Counted from the stretch's first letter, positions 26,276 through 35,616 are shown. The stretch: DNA of 64,000 nucleotides from a bacterium (GCA_035691305.1 DASSJF010000010.1:250-64249), one strand, 5' to 3'. Numbers and translations are program-made. The notes: a model not told the origin generated them from the letters alone.

Positions 26276-27528
26276 CGCGCGCCGCGCCGCGGAGGGACGC
26301 CGTCCAGGTCAACGGGCGCACGCTGGCGTGGCCGGCGCGCCCGTCGGTCGTCGTCTGTTTCGACGGCTGCGATCCGTCGTACATCGACGCCGCGCGGGCC
26401 GCGAAGATGATCCCGGCGATCGACCGGATGGCGCGGGAGGGGTTCGCCGCGATCGCAACGTCGGCGATGCCGTCGTTCACCAACCCGAACAACGTGTCCA
26501 TCGTCTGCGGCGCGCCGCCGGCGGTGCACGGCGTCGCCGGCAACTACTACCTCGATCGGGACACCGGACGCGAGGTCATGATGACCGACGCGACGCCGCT
26601 GCGGGCGCCGACGATCCTGGCGCGCTTCTCGGAGGCCGGGGCGGTCGTGGTCGCCATCACCGCCAAAGACAAGCTGCGCAAGGCGCTCGGCAAGGATCTC
26701 CGCGGCATCGCGTTCTCCGCCGAGCGCGCCGCCTCCACGAGCGAAGCGGAGCACGGGATCACCGGGGTGGTGGAACTCGTCGGCCGGCCCGAGCCCGACC
26801 CGTACAGCGCCGACCTGTCGTTGTTCGTCCTGGACGCCGGAATCGCGCTGCTGCGGGCGCGGCGGCCGGACCTGATGTACCTGTCGCTCTCGGATTTTGT
26901 GCAGCACAAGTACGCGCCGGGCACCCCGGAGGCGAATGCGTTCATGCGCGACGTCGACGCGCGGCTCGCCGGCCTTGTCGCGCTCGGCGCGACGGTCGGC
27001 GTCGCGGCGGATCACGGCATGACGGACATGGCGCTGCCGGACGGCCGGCCCAATGTCCTCTACCTCGGCGATAGCCTGGACGCGGCCTTCGGCGAAAACG
27101 CGACGCGCGTGATCTGCCCGATCACGGATCCGTTCGTGCGGCACCACGGCGCGCTCGGCGGGTTTGTGCGGGTGCACCTGATGCGGCCGGGCTTGGACCG
27201 CGACGCGGTGCTGCGGCACGCGCGGTCGCTGCCGGGGGTGGAGCTCGCGCTCGTTCGTGAAGAGGCGGCCGCCCGGTTCGAACTGCCGTTCGACCGCGAG
27301 GGAGACGTCACGGTCATCGGCGCGCGCGGCCGCGCGATCGGGGCGCGGGCGGCCGACCACGATCTCTCGCAGCTCGCCGGCGCGCGGCTGCGATCCCACG
27401 GCAGCCTCCACGAGCAGCCGGTGCCGTTCCTTGTGTCGCGGCGCCTGGCGGCCGAATACGCGGCCCGGCCGGCGGCGGCGCTCCGCAATTTCGACATCTT
27501 CGAGTACGTCCTGAACGGCGCGCACTGA
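26272..27528 (+). CDS. phnA: Phosphonoacetate hydrolase (alkaline phosphatase superfamily)
   Basis: The GTG at 26272 overlaps the upstream stop (GTGA). Several segments track the Pseudomonas fluorescens PhnA sequence as I remember it: VVCFDGCDPSYI, MPSFTNPNNVSIVCGAPPAVHGVAGNYY, ITAKDKLRKALG, DLMYLSLSDFVQHKYAPGTPEANAF, ADHGM, DPFVRHHGALGG, RSHGS. 418 aa. Confidence 0.8.
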   Translation: MTRAAPRRDAVQVNGRTLAWPARPSVVVCFDGCDPSYIDAARAAKMIPAIDRMAREGFAAIATSAMPSFTNPNNVSIVCGAPPAVHGVAGNYYLDRDTGREVMMTDATPLRAPTILARFSEAGAVVVAITAKDKLRKALGKDLRGIAFSAERAASTSEAEHGITGVVELVGRPEPDPYSADLSLFVLDAGIALLRARRPDLMYLSLSDFVQHKYAPGTPEANAFMRDVDARLAGLVALGATVGVAADHGMTDMALPDGRPNVLYLGDSLDAAFGENATRVICPITDPFVRHHGALGGFVRVHLMRPGLDRDAVLRHARSLPGVELALVREEAAARFELPFDREGDVTVIGARGRAIGARAADHDLSQLAGARLRSHGSLHEQPVPFLVSRRLAAEYAARPAAALRNFDIFEYVLNGAH

Positions 27529-27677
27529 TGTTCGGCTCTCCCGGAATTTTCGCGGTCCGTTAACCCCCTTGTTACGCTCCGATCACGCCGCGCCGCAGGT
27601 AGGGCGCGGCGCCGTGGTGAAATGCACGCCCGTCGGAGCGCGACGGCGTCGCAGTTTGTCCCCACCGGAGGTGTAGC

Positions 27678-29021
27678 ATGGCCGTCACCAAGCCTTCCCC
27701 CGCCACCGATGCCACCGCCCAACTCACGAGGGAACACGTCCTGATCCCGTGGGAGGCTCAGGGCGGCCCCGGACCGCTCGCGATCGACCAGGCGAAGGGC
27801 TGCTGGCTCTACACCGCGGACGGCGGGCGCATCCTGGACTTCTGCTCGGGATTGATCAATGTGAACGCCGGCCACAGCCATCCAAAAATCGTCGCCGGCA
27901 TCCAGCGGCAGGCCGAGCGGCTCACGTTCGTCAATCCCAGCTTCTCGACAGAGCCGCGCGCACGCCTCGCCGAGAAGCTCTCCAAGATCTCGCCCGGCCG
28001 CGCCTTCCCGAAGGTGTTCTTCACGAACGGCGGCGCCGACGCGAACGAGAACGCGGTCAAGATGGCGCGGCTGTACACCGGCCGGCAGAAAGTGTTCGTG
28101 TCCTATCGCGGCTATCACGGCGCGACGTACGGCGCGATCACGCTGAGCGGCGACCCGCGCCGCTGGCCGGTCGAACCGGGCATTCCCGGCGTCACCCGGT
28201 TCCTTACGCCGTATCCGTACCGCAGCCCCTTTTCGGTGCCGCCGGAGCGCGAGACCGAGGCGGCGCTCGAGCACCTCGAGACCGTCCTGATGTACGAGGG
28301 GCCGAACAGCGTCGCCGCGATCCTGATCGAGGCGATGATCGGCGGCAGCGGTCTCGTGATCTATCCCGACGGGTACCTCACGGGTGTCCGCGAGATCTGC
28401 GACCGCCACGGGATCGCGTTGATTTTCGACGAGGTGATGACCGGCTTCGGCCGCACCGGCGAATGGTTCGTATGCGATCACTGGAACGCGCGGCCGGACA
28501 TGCTCGTGTTTGCCAAGGGCGTCACGTCCGGCTACGTCCCGCTCGGCGGCGTGCTCGTCAACGAGAAGATTTCGCGCCACTTCGACGACAAGGTGCTGTG
28601 GGCCGGTCTGACCTACTCCGGCCATCCGCTCGCCTGCGCCGCCGGCCTCGCCAATCTCGAAGTGTTCGAGGAGGAGCGCCTCGTGGAGCGGGCGCGCCGG
28701 ATGGGCGACCTGCTCGGTGCGAAGCTGCGGAAGATGGCGGAGCGCCACCCCAAGGTCGGCGACGTGCGCGGTCTCGGTCTGTTCTGGGGGATCGAGCTCG
28801 TGAAAGATCGGACGACGAAGGAGCCGCTCGAGCCGTTCCAGGGGCGCGGCGCCGGCCCGAGCCCGATGAAGTCGCTCGTCGGCGCTGCGCGCAAGCGGGG
28901 TGTCTACATCATGGGCCGCTACAACGTGTTCCTCGCTGCGCCGCCGCTGGTCGTCACCGAGGACGAGATCGAGACCGGCGTGCAGGCGATCGACGGTGCA
29001 CTGACGGAAATCGGCGCGTAA
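27678..29021 (+). CDS. Class III (omega-) aminotransferase family PLP enzyme
   Basis: 447 aa. ILDFCSGLINVNAGHSHPKIV, FFTNGGADANENAVKMAR, FDEVMTGFGRTGEWF and FAKGVTSGYVPLG (PLP lysine) are typical of taurine/beta-alanine-pyruvate type transaminases. Confidence 0.85.
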   Translation: MAVTKPSPATDATAQLTREHVLIPWEAQGGPGPLAIDQAKGCWLYTADGGRILDFCSGLINVNAGHSHPKIVAGIQRQAERLTFVNPSFSTEPRARLAEKLSKISPGRAFPKVFFTNGGADANENAVKMARLYTGRQKVFVSYRGYHGATYGAITLSGDPRRWPVEPGIPGVTRFLTPYPYRSPFSVPPERETEAALEHLETVLMYEGPNSVAAILIEAMIGGSGLVIYPDGYLTGVREICDRHGIALIFDEVMTGFGRTGEWFVCDHWNARPDMLVFAKGVTSGYVPLGGVLVNEKISRHFDDKVLWAGLTYSGHPLACAAGLANLEVFEEERLVERARRMGDLLGAKLRKMAERHPKVGDVRGLGLFWGIELVKDRTTKEPLEPFQGRGAGPSPMKSLVGAARKRGVYIMGRYNVFLAAPPLVVTEDEIETGVQAIDGALTEIGA

Positions 29022-29112
29022 GGGGGTGCCCGCGGCGGCGGACCGAACGACACCGGGAGATGGCAGCGGACCAGAAGAGCAGGGCACTCGAGACGAAGGG
29101 GGGCGCGACGTA

Positions 29113-30354
29113 ATGAGTGTCTTGAAGCGCGGAGTGATCACCGGTTTCGCCGTCCTGGCGGTGGCCGGGCTTCTCTTGGTGCCGATCAAGATGAGCTGGA
29201 GCGCGGCGAGCCCGATCGTGATCGGCGAAGTGGGACCGCTCTCGCCGCCCGGCGGCTACGAAGACGGTAAGCTGATGCTGGACGCGGCGCAGATGGCCAT
29301 CGACGAGATCAACGCCAAGGGCGGCGTTCTCGGCCGGCCGATCAAGCTCGTCGAAGCCGACACCCGCGGTAAGCCCGAAGAGGGCACGGCGGGCGCCGAG
29401 CGGCTGACCGCGCAGGAGCACGCGGTCGGCATCTTCGGCGAATTCCACAGCGGCGTCTTCCTGGCCGAGATGGAAGTCGTGCACAAGACCGGCACGCCGA
29501 TTATCGCGGTCGACGTCTGGGCCAACAAGATCACGGCGAAGGGCTATCCAGAGGTCTTCCGGGTCGCGCCGTGCCAGGCCATCATCGCGAACCGCTACGG
29601 CGACTGGCTCGCGGCCGCCGGGTTCAAGAACATCCTCGTGATGTACGAGAAGACGGACGGCGGCGAGGGCCACCGGGACGTACTCGTCGAGAACCTCAGG
29701 AAACACGGCATCCGCTACGACGTCGTCGGCGTGGACCTGAACCAGACCGAGTTCACCGCTGAGCTGCAGCGCGTGCTCGCCCATGCCCCGCGCTACGATT
29801 TCATTGCGGCGGCGTACAGCGAGGCCGGGCTCTACCCGCTGGTCAGCCAGGCGAAGAGCCTTGGACTCGCCCCCACCGCTCAGACCGGCCTGTACGATTC
29901 CGGCGGCCCGGCGACCACCGAGGCGTTCTGGAAGAACGTGGGCGAGGCGGGCATCGGCATCGTGACCGAGAACCCCGGTCTGCCGAAGGCCAAGTGGAAC
30001 GCCAAGACCAAAGCGTTCGTGGCGGCGTTCCAGGCGCGTTTCAAGTCTGCGACTACGCCGCAGTCGATGGAGTCCTATGACGCGGCGTACATCATGGTCG
30101 ACGCGATCAAGCGCGCGGGCAGCACCGATTCCAAGGCCATCATCCACGCGCTCGAGACGTCGAAGTGGAGCGGCACGCGCGGCGTCTACGCGTTCTCGAC
30201 CAGCCACAGCCCGGACTGGGCGTATCACCAGTACGTGGACGCGCCGCTTTACCTGCTCCAGTACGACAAGGTCGGACAGAAGCCTGAGGACGCGCCGGTG
30301 ATCTGGCCGCGCAACCTCGCGACCGTGGCGTACACGTACCAGAAGCCGAAGTAG
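29113..30354 (+). CDS. ABC transporter substrate-binding protein, LivJ/Peripla_BP_6 (branched-chain amino acid) type
   Basis: I chose the ATG at 29113 in the frame of ORF 29026..30354, with SD GGGGGG upstream. Signal-anchor MSVLKRGVITGFAVLAVAGLLLVP, then IVIGEVGPLSPPGG...AIDEINAKGGVLGRPIKLV. Confidence 0.85.
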   Translation: MSVLKRGVITGFAVLAVAGLLLVPIKMSWSAASPIVIGEVGPLSPPGGYEDGKLMLDAAQMAIDEINAKGGVLGRPIKLVEADTRGKPEEGTAGAERLTAQEHAVGIFGEFHSGVFLAEMEVVHKTGTPIIAVDVWANKITAKGYPEVFRVAPCQAIIANRYGDWLAAAGFKNILVMYEKTDGGEGHRDVLVENLRKHGIRYDVVGVDLNQTEFTAELQRVLAHAPRYDFIAAAYSEAGLYPLVSQAKSLGLAPTAQTGLYDSGGPATTEAFWKNVGEAGIGIVTENPGLPKAKWNAKTKAFVAAFQARFKSATTPQSMESYDAAYIMVDAIKRAGSTDSKAIIHALETSKWSGTRGVYAFSTSHSPDWAYHQYVDAPLYLLQYDKVGQKPEDAPVIWPRNLATVAYTYQKPK

Positions 30355-30384
30355 CCCGCACGCGGCGGAATAACCGGACCGTTC

Positions 30385-30432
30385 GGGGGAAGGCCGTCAC
30401 GATGTACCGGGACGCGCCTTCCCCCGTTTTCT
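30385..30432 (+). terminator. Intrinsic terminator/attenuator hairpin between binding-protein and permease genes
   Basis: GGGGGAAGGC (30385-30394) pairs with GCCTTCCCCC (30416-30425). An extra CGTC/GACG inner stem follows, then GTTTTCT. Confidence 0.6.
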
Positions 30433-30458
30433 GAGCTCACGGGCGCCGCCGCCGGCCA

Positions 30459-31361
30459 ATGCTCGATTATTTCCTGATCCAGGCCACCAACGGCCTCGTC
30501 ATCGGCATCATCTACGCGCTGGTGGCCGTCGGCGTCACGCTGATCTTTTCGATCCTCAAGATCGTCAACTTCGCGCACGGCGATCTCTACATGCTCGGCG
30601 GTTACACCGCGTATTACGCGATCACGCTGGCCGGGATCCCACCGTTCGCCGCGATGTTCATCGCCATGGCGGCCGTTTTCATCCTCGGGGTCGTGCTGGA
30701 GCGCCTGCTGCTGACGCCGCTGTACAGCGAGCGGACCGAACGGAAGGACGAATACGGCATCATCATCACCTTCGGCCTGGCCTTCTTTCTCCGGAACGCG
30801 GCGATCATCGTGTTCGGCGTGTTCCCGCTGAAGCCGCCGTCGTTCATCGCGGGCGTGCACCGGATCGGCGCGCTCGTCATCACCAACGATCGGCTGTTCG
30901 CCGGTATCTTTGGTCTCGTGTTGATCTTCGCGCTGCTCTACTTCATGACCGGCACGATCTGGGGGCAGGCCCTCGACGCGGTCAGCCAGTCGCGCGATTC
31001 GGCGTCGATCGTCGGCATCAATCCGCGCCGGTTCAACACGCTGGCGTACGCCGTCGGGGCCGCGCTGGCCGCGGCCGCGGGCGCGCTGATCGGCCCGATC
31101 TTCTCGCTCTCGCCGGACATGGGTGTGCTGCCCAATATCCAGTCGTACGTCATCGTGATTCTCGGCGGTATGGGGTCGGTGGCGGGGAGCGTGCTGGCCG
31201 GTGTCACGCTCGGCGAGGCCCAGGCCCTGTTCACCGCATTCCTGCCCGATGTCACCCGCGCGCTGTCGTACTCGAACGCGTTTTCCGTTTTCGTCCTGAT
31301 GGTGGTGCTGATCTTCCGGCCGACGGGCTTCTTCGGCCGGCGCCACCTGCGAATGGACTAG
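30459..31361 (+). CDS. Branched-chain amino acid type ABC transporter permease (LivH-like)
   Basis: 300 aa. MLDYFLIQATNGLVIGIIYALVAVGVTLIF and NFAHGDLYMLGGY are LivH-family patterns. Confidence 0.9.
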   Translation: MLDYFLIQATNGLVIGIIYALVAVGVTLIFSILKIVNFAHGDLYMLGGYTAYYAITLAGIPPFAAMFIAMAAVFILGVVLERLLLTPLYSERTERKDEYGIIITFGLAFFLRNAAIIVFGVFPLKPPSFIAGVHRIGALVITNDRLFAGIFGLVLIFALLYFMTGTIWGQALDAVSQSRDSASIVGINPRRFNTLAYAVGAALAAAAGALIGPIFSLSPDMGVLPNIQSYVIVILGGMGSVAGSVLAGVTLGEAQALFTAFLPDVTRALSYSNAFSVFVLMVVLIFRPTGFFGRRHLRMD

Positions 31362-31365
31362 GCCG

Positions 31366-32361
31366 GTGCGGGGACTGTACGCGGCCATCCTGGTCGTCGC
31401 CGCGGGGCTGCTCCTCGGCTACGGGCACCTCTTGAACTCGTACTGGATGCACGTCCTCATCATCGCCATGTTCTACGCGATTCTGTCGTCGAGCTGGTCG
31501 CTGCTCGCCGGGTACGCCGGGCTCTTCTCGCTCGGGCACATGGCCTTCGCGTCGGTGGGCGGCTACACGTCCGCGCTGCTGGTCCAGTTCACCGGGATGC
31601 CGGTCCCGCTCGGGATGGCCGCCGGCACGGTCGCCTGCTGCCTGGTCGGCGCCGGGATCGGCTGGGTCTGCCTCCGCCTCACCGGCCCGTACCTCGCCAT
31701 CTTCACGCTGGCCTTCTCCGAGATCGTCCGCATCACCGTCTCGACGGAGGACGAAGTCACCCGAGGAATGACGGGGCTCCACACCGTCCCGCTGTTTCAC
31801 ACCGCGTCCCGCCTGCCGTACTTCTACACGTCGTTCGGCCTGCTAGCCGGGTCGCTCGCCCTCATGGGGATTCTGGTGCACTCGCGTTGGGGGTTGTTCC
31901 TCCGGGCGATTCGCGAGGACGAGCAGGCCGCCGCGGCGTCCGGCGTGGCCGTGGCGCGCTTTCGGATTCTCGTGTTCGCGATCGCGAGCGGCTTCGCCGG
32001 CCTGGCCGGTGCGTTCTTTGCGCACTACACGCCGGTGCTGACGCCCGACATCGGGGACCTCGACCGGATGGCCCTGCTTGTCGTGATGACGGTGATCGGC
32101 GGCATGGAACGCATTCCCACGGCCGTGGGCGGCGCGATCGGCGTCGAATTCCTGCAGGAGTACCTGCGCGAATTCGGCATCTGGCGGTTGGAGATCTTTG
32201 GTATCGTCCTGCTGTTCACGATGCGGTTCGCGCGCAACGGTTTGTTGACGCCGCTGTGGCTCTGGTTTGTGCGCCTCGGCGATGCGGGCCGGCCCGCCGT
32301 CGCGGCCACGGTGCCTGAGGGCATCGGCGGCGAGGCGAGTCAGGGCGGATCGGCGGTATGA
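31366..32361 (+). CDS. Branched-chain amino acid type ABC transporter permease (LivM-like)
   Basis: 331 aa. GTG start 4 nt after the previous stop. LLAGYAGLFSLGHMAFASVGGY is the LivM-family pattern. Confidence 0.9.
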   Translation: MRGLYAAILVVAAGLLLGYGHLLNSYWMHVLIIAMFYAILSSSWSLLAGYAGLFSLGHMAFASVGGYTSALLVQFTGMPVPLGMAAGTVACCLVGAGIGWVCLRLTGPYLAIFTLAFSEIVRITVSTEDEVTRGMTGLHTVPLFHTASRLPYFYTSFGLLAGSLALMGILVHSRWGLFLRAIREDEQAAAASGVAVARFRILVFAIASGFAGLAGAFFAHYTPVLTPDIGDLDRMALLVVMTVIGGMERIPTAVGGAIGVEFLQEYLREFGIWRLEIFGIVLLFTMRFARNGLLTPLWLWFVRLGDAGRPAVAATVPEGIGGEASQGGSAV

Positions 32362-33122
32362 ACCCGGCGGTGGACGGCGTCCTCGGCCCCTCCCACGCGG
32401 CTGCCGACGGCGTGCTCATCGAAGGCGTCGGGTTGGCCAAGCACTTCGGGGGCATCGCGGCCGTCGACGGGGTCGACGTCACGGTCTCCGCGGGCGATCT
32501 GATCGGTCTGATCGGGCCGAACGGCTCCGGCAAGACGACGCTCATCAACATCCTGACCGGCCACCTCAGCCCGAACGGCGGCCGGGTGCAGGTGCGCGGG
32601 CACCGGATGACGGCGCGGCCGGCGCACGAGTTCGCGGGACGCGGCGTGGCCCGCACGTTCCAGCTGACCCAGCTCTTCGGCCGCATGACGGTTCTCGAGA
32701 ACATGCTGGTGCCCGGACTCACGCGGCCCCGTTCGAGCCGCGAGGCCGCGGCGAAGAAGGCGCGCGGGTACCTGACGTTTCTCAACCTGATTCATCTCGA
32801 AGGGCTGGACGCCAAGAACCTGTCGGGGGGCCAGCAAAAGCTGCTCGAGCTCGGCCGGGCGCTCATGCTGGAGCCGTCGGTGCTGTTCCTCGACGAGCCG
32901 TTCGCCGGCGTTCACCCGCGTCTGCGGGACGAGCTGATCAAGCGCATTCAGGAGCTGCACGCCGCGGGCCGGACGTTCGTCGTCGTCGACCACGACATGG
33001 AGTCGATTCTGCGAATCGCCAAGCGGCTCGTCGTGATGGCGCGGGGGCGCAAGATCGCCGACGGCCTGCCGGACGCCGTGCGCGCGGACCAGAACGTTCT
33101 GGCCGCGTACTCGGGGTTGTAG
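32358..33122 (+). CDS. ABC transporter ATP-binding protein (LivG-like)
   Basis: ATGA overlap with the permease stop. Walker A GPNGSGKTT, signature LSGGQQKLLEL, Walker B VLFLDEP. Confidence 0.9.
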   Translation: MNPAVDGVLGPSHAAADGVLIEGVGLAKHFGGIAAVDGVDVTVSAGDLIGLIGPNGSGKTTLINILTGHLSPNGGRVQVRGHRMTARPAHEFAGRGVARTFQLTQLFGRMTVLENMLVPGLTRPRSSREAAAKKARGYLTFLNLIHLEGLDAKNLSGGQQKLLELGRALMLEPSVLFLDEPFAGVHPRLRDELIKRIQELHAAGRTFVVVDHDMESILRIAKRLVVMARGRKIADGLPDAVRADQNVLAAYSGL

Positions 33123-33123
33123 C

Positions 33124-33891
33124 GTGGCGGCGAACGAAGCGCCGAGCGCCGGCTCGAACGAGGCCTGTCTCGTCGCGCGCGACCTGGTCGCCGGCTACCT
33201 GCCGGGCATCAACATCCTGCGCGGCGTCTCCGTCACGGCGTGGCGCGGCCGAATCGCCTGCGTGCTGGGGCCAAACGGCACCGGGAAGTCGACGCTCCTC
33301 AAGGTGCTCTTCGGTTTCCTGCCGGCGTCGGAGGGCGACGTCACGCTCGACGGCCGTTCGATCCGCGGCGCGATGCCGCACCGGATGGGCGACTACGGCA
33401 TCACCTACCTGCCGCAGCGGCCCAGCATCTTTCCGCACCTCACCGTCGAGTGGAACCTCCGTCTCGGTGCGTGGCGGCACAAGCGAGAGCGGGCTCGGGT
33501 CGACCGGCTCGTAGAACGGGCGGTCGAGCAGTTTCCGATTTTGAAGGAGAAGCGCCGGCAGGCTGCCGGCACCCTCAGCGGCGGCCAGCAGCGCCAACTG
33601 GAGATGGCCCGCAGCCTGATGTACGACCCCACGGTGTTCTTCATCGACGAGCCGACCGCGGGCATCGAACCGCGCGTCGCCGCCCAGATCTACGGTCTCG
33701 TCAAGGACCTCGCGGCGGCCGGCAAAGCGGTCTTGCTGGTCGACCAGAACATCAAGCGCGCGCTCGAGATCGCGGACTACGTCTACGTGATGCGGACCGG
33801 CGCGGTGCTGTCGGAGGGCTCGCGGGAATCGTTCGGCGGCGACACGGACGCGCTGATCGCGCGCTGGCTATACGAGAGCGGACAGACGTAA
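33124..33891 (+). CDS. ABC transporter ATP-binding protein (LivF-like)
   Basis: GTG start 1 nt after the previous stop. Walker A GPNGTGKST, signature LSGGQQRQLEM, Walker B VFFIDEP. Confidence 0.9.
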   Translation: MAANEAPSAGSNEACLVARDLVAGYLPGINILRGVSVTAWRGRIACVLGPNGTGKSTLLKVLFGFLPASEGDVTLDGRSIRGAMPHRMGDYGITYLPQRPSIFPHLTVEWNLRLGAWRHKRERARVDRLVERAVEQFPILKEKRRQAAGTLSGGQQRQLEMARSLMYDPTVFFIDEPTAGIEPRVAAQIYGLVKDLAAAGKAVLLVDQNIKRALEIADYVYVMRTGAVLSEGSRESFGGDTDALIARWLYESGQT

Positions 33892-33902
33892 CGCGCTCCG
33901 AC

Positions 33903-34871
33903 TCAGCTTCGGACCCCGCGGGTCCGGCCCGCCGCGACGTGGCCGAGGACGGCGGCCATGATGATGATCCCGCCGAGCCACGTCGGGAGCGGCGGGACTT
34001 CGCGAAACGCGAACCACACCCACAAGGGGCCGAGCGGCACCTCGATCGCCTGGATCAGCGCGGTCTCCGTCGCCGAGATCAGCCGTGCGCCGAGGGTGAG
34101 GAGCAGCAGGCCGAGCCCGAACTGGGTTACGCCGAAGAGCACAAGGTTCAGCATGTCGGTGCCGGCGGCCGCGCCGGGGTGCGCGAACGGCCATACGAAG
34201 ATCGGACAGAGCAACGCGGAGAGGCACGCCGCGGGCAGCATCGGCGTCTCGCGGTGCCGGCGTATGAGCAGCATCATGCCGGCCATGCACAACGCCATGC
34301 CAAACGCGAGCAAATCGCCGGCGAGATGTCCCTCACGTACGGATCCGCCCACCATGACCATCGTGCCGAGCAGGGCGACGCCGCTCGCGGCGAGTGTGCT
34401 CGTGCGCTCACGTTCCTTCAACCACAGCCAGCCCGCAACCGCGGCGATGAACGGCGTCGTCGCGTTCATGATCATGACGTCCGCCACCGACGTGCGCCGG
34501 AACGCGTTGATGTACATGATCGTCGCGAACGTGGACAGACATGCCGCGGCGATGCCCGGCGCGCCGATGCCGCGCACGATCCCGAGGGTCCGCCGGCCGT
34601 AGCGCCAGACGATGACGCCCCCGATGAACACGCCGGCATACAGGCCGCGCCAGAACAGGATCGTCCACGGGTCGAGCGGGAGGAGCCGCGTCCAGAAGCC
34701 GGACGTGCTGTACGCCACCGCCGAGGCGAGGTTCAAGACGATGCCGAACAGGTGGTGCCCGCGGGCGTCGCCGCAGATCTGCGGCGCGGAAGGGTCAATC
34801 CGGCCCGGCCGGGGTCCGGTCCCGCGCTCGGCGGCGGCGCCGGCCGCGACCGATCCCTCCCCAAGGGTCAC
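33903..34871 (-). CDS. DMT superfamily (EamA-like) transporter
   Basis: I chose the GTG at 34871, which overlaps the upstream regulator stop (GTGA). About 10 hydrophobic helices (LFGIVLNLASAVAYSTSGFW...). The longer ORF-track version (to 35297) overlaps the regulator gene. Confidence 0.7.
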   Translation of the reverse strand: MTLGEGSVAAGAAAERGTGPRPGRIDPSAPQICGDARGHHLFGIVLNLASAVAYSTSGFWTRLLPLDPWTILFWRGLYAGVFIGGVIVWRYGRRTLGIVRGIGAPGIAAACLSTFATIMYINAFRRTSVADVMIMNATTPFIAAVAGWLWLKERERTSTLAASGVALLGTMVMVGGSVREGHLAGDLLAFGMALCMAGMMLLIRRHRETPMLPAACLSALLCPIFVWPFAHPGAAAGTDMLNLVLFGVTQFGLGLLLLTLGARLISATETALIQAIEVPLGPLWVWFAFREVPPLPTWLGGIIIMAAVLGHVAAGRTRGVRS

Positions 34872-35602
34872 GCGCTGAGCACCTCCGGGCGGACGCCGAG
34901 CTCCTTGGCGAGGCCCCGCCGTCCCTTGTCCGTGACGACGATGATGCGGGTGCCCGGCCTGCGGACGACCCACCCGCGTTCGAGGGTGCGCACCCACAGC
35001 GCCGCGCCGAGCGCACCGCCGAGATGCGCACGCCGCTCGCTCCAATCGCCGCAGGCGGTCGCGAACTGGCGCCGCTCTCGCCCGGCTTCCTCCAAGCCGA
35101 CGCCGAGTTCGCCGAACACCGCCGGGCCCGCGGGGCCCAATTCGATCGGTCCGCGGTACCGCGCGCCCGGATGGGCGATCGCGCGGCGCGCGACGAGCGA
35201 GTCGAAAATCGCGACGCCGAGCCGGCCCGCGAGGTGGTCGTAACAGGTCCGGGCCTTCGCCAAGGAGGGGGACATCTTCAGCCTGACCCGCTCGCATCCG
35301 GCGATCATGGCGAGCGACTCGACCACCTGGCTCACCGTCGGGTTCGCCACTTCGTAGACCCGCTGGCGGCCGATGCGGGTTACCGCCACGAGCCCCCGGC
35401 CGCGCAGCACCGAGAGGTGGTTGGAGACGTTGGACTGCGCCTCACCCGTGAGCAGCACGAGCTCCGAGACGGCCGCGGGTCCGTCGGTGAGCCGCTCCAG
35501 GATCTTGAACCGGATGGGATCGGCGAGCGCCTGGGCGATGACGGAGGCGTCTCGCCCCGCGGGGGCCGGCCGGCGGGAGCCGCCGGCGTTCGGAAATGGC
35601 AT
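34868..35602 (-). CDS. ArsR family transcriptional regulator with about 130-aa C-terminal extension
   Basis: 244 aa. ALADPIRFKILERLTDGPAAVSELVLLTGEAQSNVSNHLSVLRGRGLV is an ArsR-type wHTH. It is followed by a second domain (ARTCYDHLAGRLG...) not present in short ArsR proteins. Confidence 0.8.
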   Translation of the reverse strand: MPFPNAGGSRRPAPAGRDASVIAQALADPIRFKILERLTDGPAAVSELVLLTGEAQSNVSNHLSVLRGRGLVAVTRIGRQRVYEVANPTVSQVVESLAMIAGCERVRLKMSPSLAKARTCYDHLAGRLGVAIFDSLVARRAIAHPGARYRGPIELGPAGPAVFGELGVGLEEAGRERRQFATACGDWSERRAHLGGALGAALWVRTLERGWVVRRPGTRIIVVTDKGRRGLAKELGVRPEVLSA

Positions 35603-35616
35603 ACATCACCCTCTCG

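Noticed and set aside
33240-35243. 667-aa plus-strand ORF
   Set aside because: It runs out of frame through the LivF-like gene and antisense through the DMT and ArsR-family genes. Its composition (RRRR/PRR runs) indicates a non-coding shadow frame.
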